A stretch of 64,000 nt of DNA, taken from IMG/VR virus record IMGVR_UViG_3300025889_000087, positions 1 to 64,000 of that record; one strand, given 5' to 3'. The notes under the pieces are model-generated. The model was given only the letters and a program-made list of their open reading frames with translations. It did not search any database and was not told the DNA's origin. Positions 60,348 to 64,000 of this stretch are shown one piece after another. This stretch comes from a virus. The translations under genes and the position numbers were made by a program. Numbering within the stretch: the first letter of the stretch is position 1; every line of letters begins with the position of its first letter.

Positions 60348-60712
60348 TGGACTACGACGACATCACAATGTTGCTCGCAGCCAAGCACGCCCGCTTCCGT
60401 ATTTCATCACGTCTGACAACGCACACGGCGACGGGCTACGACATTCGACCCGAATGTGTTCTGTTCGGGCGGCAGGAAATACCCGAGCGCGTGAGGGACA
60501 TGCTCAGCGATCATGGCCTCCCCGCTCAGAACCGATACACCGACGTGGCGCATCTTCAGCGGCTCCTTCGTATCTTCAAGGACTGGCGCGATTTCACAAA
60601 GGACCCCGACGGCTTCATCGAGGTGCTTCATTTTTTGGGACGACTCCCTCCCCTCACAACGCACGAAGACGTGCTCGCGGCTTTGGAGGTGTTGGAAAGT
60701 GCATCTGTTTGA
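60347..60712 (+). CDS. Hypothetical protein
   Basis: Start MDYDD; GYDIRP is weakly LAGLIDADG-like. Confidence 0.5.
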   Translation: MDYDDITMLLAAKHARFRISSRLTTHTATGYDIRPECVLFGRQEIPERVRDMLSDHGLPAQNRYTDVAHLQRLLRIFKDWRDFTKDPDGFIEVLHFLGRLPPLTTHEDVLAALEVLESASV

Positions 60713-61271
60713 TGATGAACCGCGGGAGGTTCGGGATTGGTGGGTGGTCTGCCCCGGTGCAACACCCCCAATTCTCGCTACCGATGATGAATCGCTGAGC
60801 GTGTTTGACACAACCCGTGTCTTCCTTAGCGAATACGACAGGGAGAGGGTCGCCAGTCTGCTGAAGAACGGGAAGTGGCGGCAAATCTACATCGTGGAGA
60901 CCCTGTTCCTGACCCTTCCTCAGAACCCCATATTCGGTATTGCGCTTTTGGAATTGTGCGAGCGCATTCCCCACGACCTGATGTCCGACATTCTCGCTCT
61001 CTCGCACAATGGGACGGGGCGGCACCGCATTTTGTTCCCGCCTAAGAGGAATAAGATCACCCCCTCTTTGCTGAAGGCGTTCGGATTGCGTGGTTCTGAG
61101 GAAGAATGGGTGCCCGTTCTTGCAGAAAACGAAGCCTTCGTGCGCATGGTAGCAGGTGCAATCAAGCCCGAAGACTGGTCCAAAATCCCATTCAAGCGGG
61201 AGCAAATCACGACCGCTTCGTTTAATACCCCAACCCCTGTGGGCGGGATGCAACCGGAGGAACGCGCATGA
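60699..61271 (+). CDS. Hypothetical protein adjacent to RFC
   Basis: GTG start VHLFDD; coupled to RFC. Confidence 0.5.
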   Translation: MHLFDDEPREVRDWWVVCPGATPPILATDDESLSVFDTTRVFLSEYDRERVASLLKNGKWRQIYIVETLFLTLPQNPIFGIALLELCERIPHDLMSDILALSHNGTGRHRILFPPKRNKITPSLLKAFGLRGSEEEWVPVLAENEAFVRMVAGAIKPEDWSKIPFKREQITTASFNTPTPVGGMQPEERA

Positions 61272-62209
61272 CTCAACTTTGGCTCAAATACCGACCCGAC
61301 ACCATGCGGAACATGGTGGGCCTTGAGGCATTGAAGAAGGATTCAGCCTCTTGGGTCGTCGGTGGCAACCTGCGTTGCGGCGGCGTCATCTTCTATGGGA
61401 AGCCGGGGACGGGAAAGACGACCGCTGCCCGTGCCTTCGCAAAGGACGCGCTCGGTTCGTCCTTTGAGGCCAATTTCCACGTCTTCAACGCCTCGGACGA
61501 CCGAGGCATCGCCTTTGTGCGCGACCGCCTGAAGCCTCTCGCTGAGCAGAAGGCCACGGGTCACGGCTTCAAGGTCATCAATCTCGATGAGGCGGATGGC
61601 CTCACGGTGGACGCGCAGGAAGCCATGCGCCAAGTCATCGAAACGACGAGCCCCCACGTCCTGTGGATCCTCACCTGCAACCGCGTGGGCCGTATCATTC
61701 CGGCTCTCCGCTCCCGACTCCCCTCGTATCAGTTCGGTGGGCTTGAGGGCGATGAGTCTGAAGCCTTCCTTGAGCATGTGATGCGCAGCGAGTCGTTCCC
61801 CGAACAGTGGATTACGCATGTTCCTGCGCTCATCAAGCACACCAACGGGGACATGCGGGCCTGCCTGAAAACGCTCCAAGTCTGCGACCCGAGCGACGAT
61901 TCCTCGCTCATCGTGATGCTCAACGCGAACCGCACGGAGGTCCACAACGTCCACGCCCTCGTTTGCGACAAACAGTGGGCGGTTGCGCTTGAGCGCATCG
62001 AGCACGTCGGCCCCATGGGCCGCGACGACTTCATCACTTCCTTCCACGACTCCATCATGCTTCGCCTGAAAGACGGGACCATCGAAGCAAACGTCGCGCT
62101 GCTGCAATTGCTCATCCTCGGGCAGTGGGCCGCGCGTTCCTCGGACTGGGTAGCCGGGGATTTCCTATTCCTCCGAGCCATGCTCGGGGATTACATGAAG
62201 AGGTGCTGA
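61268..62209 (+). CDS. rfcS: Replication factor C small subunit (clamp loader)
   Basis: WLKYRP, GKPGTGKTT, NASDDRGI, LDEADGLT and IIPALRSR. Confidence 0.92.
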   Translation: MTQLWLKYRPDTMRNMVGLEALKKDSASWVVGGNLRCGGVIFYGKPGTGKTTAARAFAKDALGSSFEANFHVFNASDDRGIAFVRDRLKPLAEQKATGHGFKVINLDEADGLTVDAQEAMRQVIETTSPHVLWILTCNRVGRIIPALRSRLPSYQFGGLEGDESEAFLEHVMRSESFPEQWITHVPALIKHTNGDMRACLKTLQVCDPSDDSSLIVMLNANRTEVHNVHALVCDKQWAVALERIEHVGPMGRDDFITSFHDSIMLRLKDGTIEANVALLQLLILGQWAARSSDWVAGDFLFLRAMLGDYMKRC

Positions 62210-62210
62210 A

Positions 62211-63548
62211 ATGAGCAGGGACATCGGAAATGCGTGCATGAAGGAAGCGGCTGAGATTCTCGGAACGGATCTCGCGGGGGCTGAATCAGCCTTCGGGTCG
62301 TGGATGAACGAAACATTCCCCGAGATGTGGGAAGAGGCCGGGACGGTCGCGGGTCTTGATGATGAAGACTTCGACCAATTCGCTGACCTTTTCGTTCTCG
62401 CGGTTCGGCCCGTCGGCAGCGGCGGCGTCGGTGGCGGAAAGGGCGAAGTGTGGGTCGGGGCCTTCATCGGCTTCGACCGCCGCATCGACATGATGCGCCG
62501 GAAGCGCGAAATGGCGGTGGACATCGCCACCGCTGACTTGTCGGGTGCCATCAAGAACGGCTTCTCTTACAACGGGAGCAAGGTGGGCATCGGTCGCGCC
62601 TTTACCGCTGAGGGTGTGTGGCGCGTCGAGCACGGGTCGGGCATTTATGTCAGTGACCGACCTGCCAATGAGCGTCCTTCTTGGGTCATTTCCCTCAACG
62701 AGAAGGTGGACATCGCCATGCTGAAGCCGGACAACACGCCGACTCTCGCATACATGGTGAAGAGCGTGTGGACCTTTCACGGCAACGCCCAAGAGAAGTT
62801 CCTTGAGGAAGGACCCATCACGATCAAGGTCGAGGGTCAGTGGGAAGCCGCTGAGCACGACTGGCGACTGTGGGAGCCTGTCTGCGTCAAGGGCGAGTTC
62901 GACCCCGAGGGGTGGAACGGGAGCGGGGCCACCCTCAGCATCAGCAATCCCGGTTCGGAATACGGCCTCGGTTGGGCACCGGAGCAAAACCGCGAAGCCC
63001 TCGCCAACCTGTTCAAGCCTGAGCAATTCCTCACAACCTGTGGAGATGCGCTCGTGAATCTTGGGGACCTGCTCTCCCACCACATAGAGAACCGCACGGG
63101 TTCTTATGTGGACCGCAACGGAGTGCAGCGATACGACGGTCCTCTCGTGGTTGTCGTGGGCGGAGTCATGGACGTGAACCACGAAGGCCGTGAGTCACAG
63201 TGGGACTCCACTGGACGCGACTTCTACATGTCCGTGTCCAATCAGGTGCTCCGTCGGGAAGACCCGAACGCCCGCGTAGGCGTCAGCGTCTCCGGCCTTC
63301 ACAACGACCGTTTCAACGCCTTGAAGGTGCTCAAGAACGGCGAATGGCTCCCTTATGCTCGCGGTTCCCGCGTGTGGATTGTGGGTCGCACTGACTCTTA
63401 CACCAACACCAACGGCGAAGAAGTGGTGAAGGTGCAGGCTCAGGGCATTTACGCGGTTCCCAACAAGTCCATTCCGGCGCAGAAGCCCTCGGCGGACGCA
63501 AACGATCTCGGCAGCCTCTCCGGCTTCGGTGTAGGGGGTGACGAATGA
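62211..63548 (+). CDS. Hypothetical replication-module protein (possible OB-fold SSB)
   Basis: Beta-rich 445-aa ORF between RFC and the ATPase; fold not confirmed. Confidence 0.5.
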   Translation: MSRDIGNACMKEAAEILGTDLAGAESAFGSWMNETFPEMWEEAGTVAGLDDEDFDQFADLFVLAVRPVGSGGVGGGKGEVWVGAFIGFDRRIDMMRRKREMAVDIATADLSGAIKNGFSYNGSKVGIGRAFTAEGVWRVEHGSGIYVSDRPANERPSWVISLNEKVDIAMLKPDNTPTLAYMVKSVWTFHGNAQEKFLEEGPITIKVEGQWEAAEHDWRLWEPVCVKGEFDPEGWNGSGATLSISNPGSEYGLGWAPEQNREALANLFKPEQFLTTCGDALVNLGDLLSHHIENRTGSYVDRNGVQRYDGPLVVVVGGVMDVNHEGRESQWDSTGRDFYMSVSNQVLRREDPNARVGVSVSGLHNDRFNALKVLKNGEWLPYARGSRVWIVGRTDSYTNTNGEEVVKVQAQGIYAVPNKSIPAQKPSADANDLGSLSGFGVGGDE

Positions 63549-64000
63549 TGTCGGGAACAGGATTCCTTGACGGATTCAAGGCCAAGTCGGGCTCCTTTGA
63601 GCCCGCCCCGAAGGCGGAGAAACCGCCTGCGGAGAAGAAGGCCGCTCCGGCCCCCGTGGAGGCCGCTCCTGCGCCTGCGAAGGCCAAGGCAGACCCTCCG
63701 ACCCTTCCGACCCCTCCACCGGCCCCTGTGGCCTCTCAGACGGGCGGAAGTGCGGCGAGCCGCCTCATCCGTGCTGCGCGAGCCGCGGCGAGCCGCGACC
63801 TGCAATACGTCATGTGCGGCATCGCCGGACATCCCAAGACAGGAAAGACGGGTATGGTCCTCGACTCCCTGACCTCCAAAGAAATTGAGGCGGGTGCTGA
63901 GATTTGGCACATTGACTTCGACCTCGGCGGTGAAACGACGAAGGCTGCTCACCACAAGGACAAGGCGGCGAACATCGTCGTCATCAATCCTTGGGTGTTC
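63545..64000 (+). CDS. P-loop ATPase (AAA_24/Sak4/RecA-like), partial
   Basis: Manual translation: Pro/Ala-rich N-terminus, then CGIAGHPKTGKTG...WHIDFDLGG. Confidence 0.7.
   Translation, partial: MMSGTGFLDGFKAKSGSFEPAPKAEKPPAEKKAAPAPVEAAPAPAKAKADPPTLPTPPPAPVASQTGGSAASRLIRAARAAASRDLQYVMCGIAGHPKTGKTGMVLDSLTSKEIEAGAEIWHIDFDLGGETTKAAHHKDKAANIVVINPWVF

Overview
This window is part of a large archaeal head-tailed (HK97-fold) virus genome. A group II chaperonin, an RFC clamp-loader subunit, a TFB-like domain and archaeal TATA/GGAGGTGA signals suggest a magrovirus-like virus of marine Euryarchaeota; the host assignment is inference. Two arms are transcribed divergently from a structured non-coding region (~39740-40780). 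The left arm (minus strand, probably late) carries the major capsid protein (partial, missing from the ORF track), prohead protease, portal, terminase large subunit and several Pro/Gln-rich proteins. It also carries an HMG-CoA-lyase-like gene, a membrane-protein operon with an Arf-like small GTPase, a Dam-like methylase, a Gp88-like protein and a plus-strand thermosome. The right arm (plus strand, probably early and replication) carries a 1730-aa SF1 helicase polyprotein, a DUF932-like protein, a pyrimidine-dimer glycosylase, an SF2 helicase, a methylase-endonuclease fusion, PC4-like, TFB-like and ligase-like proteins, RFC and an AAA/RecA-like ATPase. The most striking feature is a tandem array of 14 mostly translationally coupled genes (30980-39599). 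All begin with the same ~12-residue leader (consensus M-T-A-F-D-x-A-W-x-h-h-K|A) fused to varied cargo: ADP-ribosyltransferase-like, GNAT acetyltransferase, zincin and unknown domains. The leader ends in the same h-h-K|A signature found near the N-terminus of the capsid protein. This suggests a capsid-targeting, protease-cleaved address tag for a virion-delivered effector set. No tRNA, rRNA or CRISPR array was recognised.
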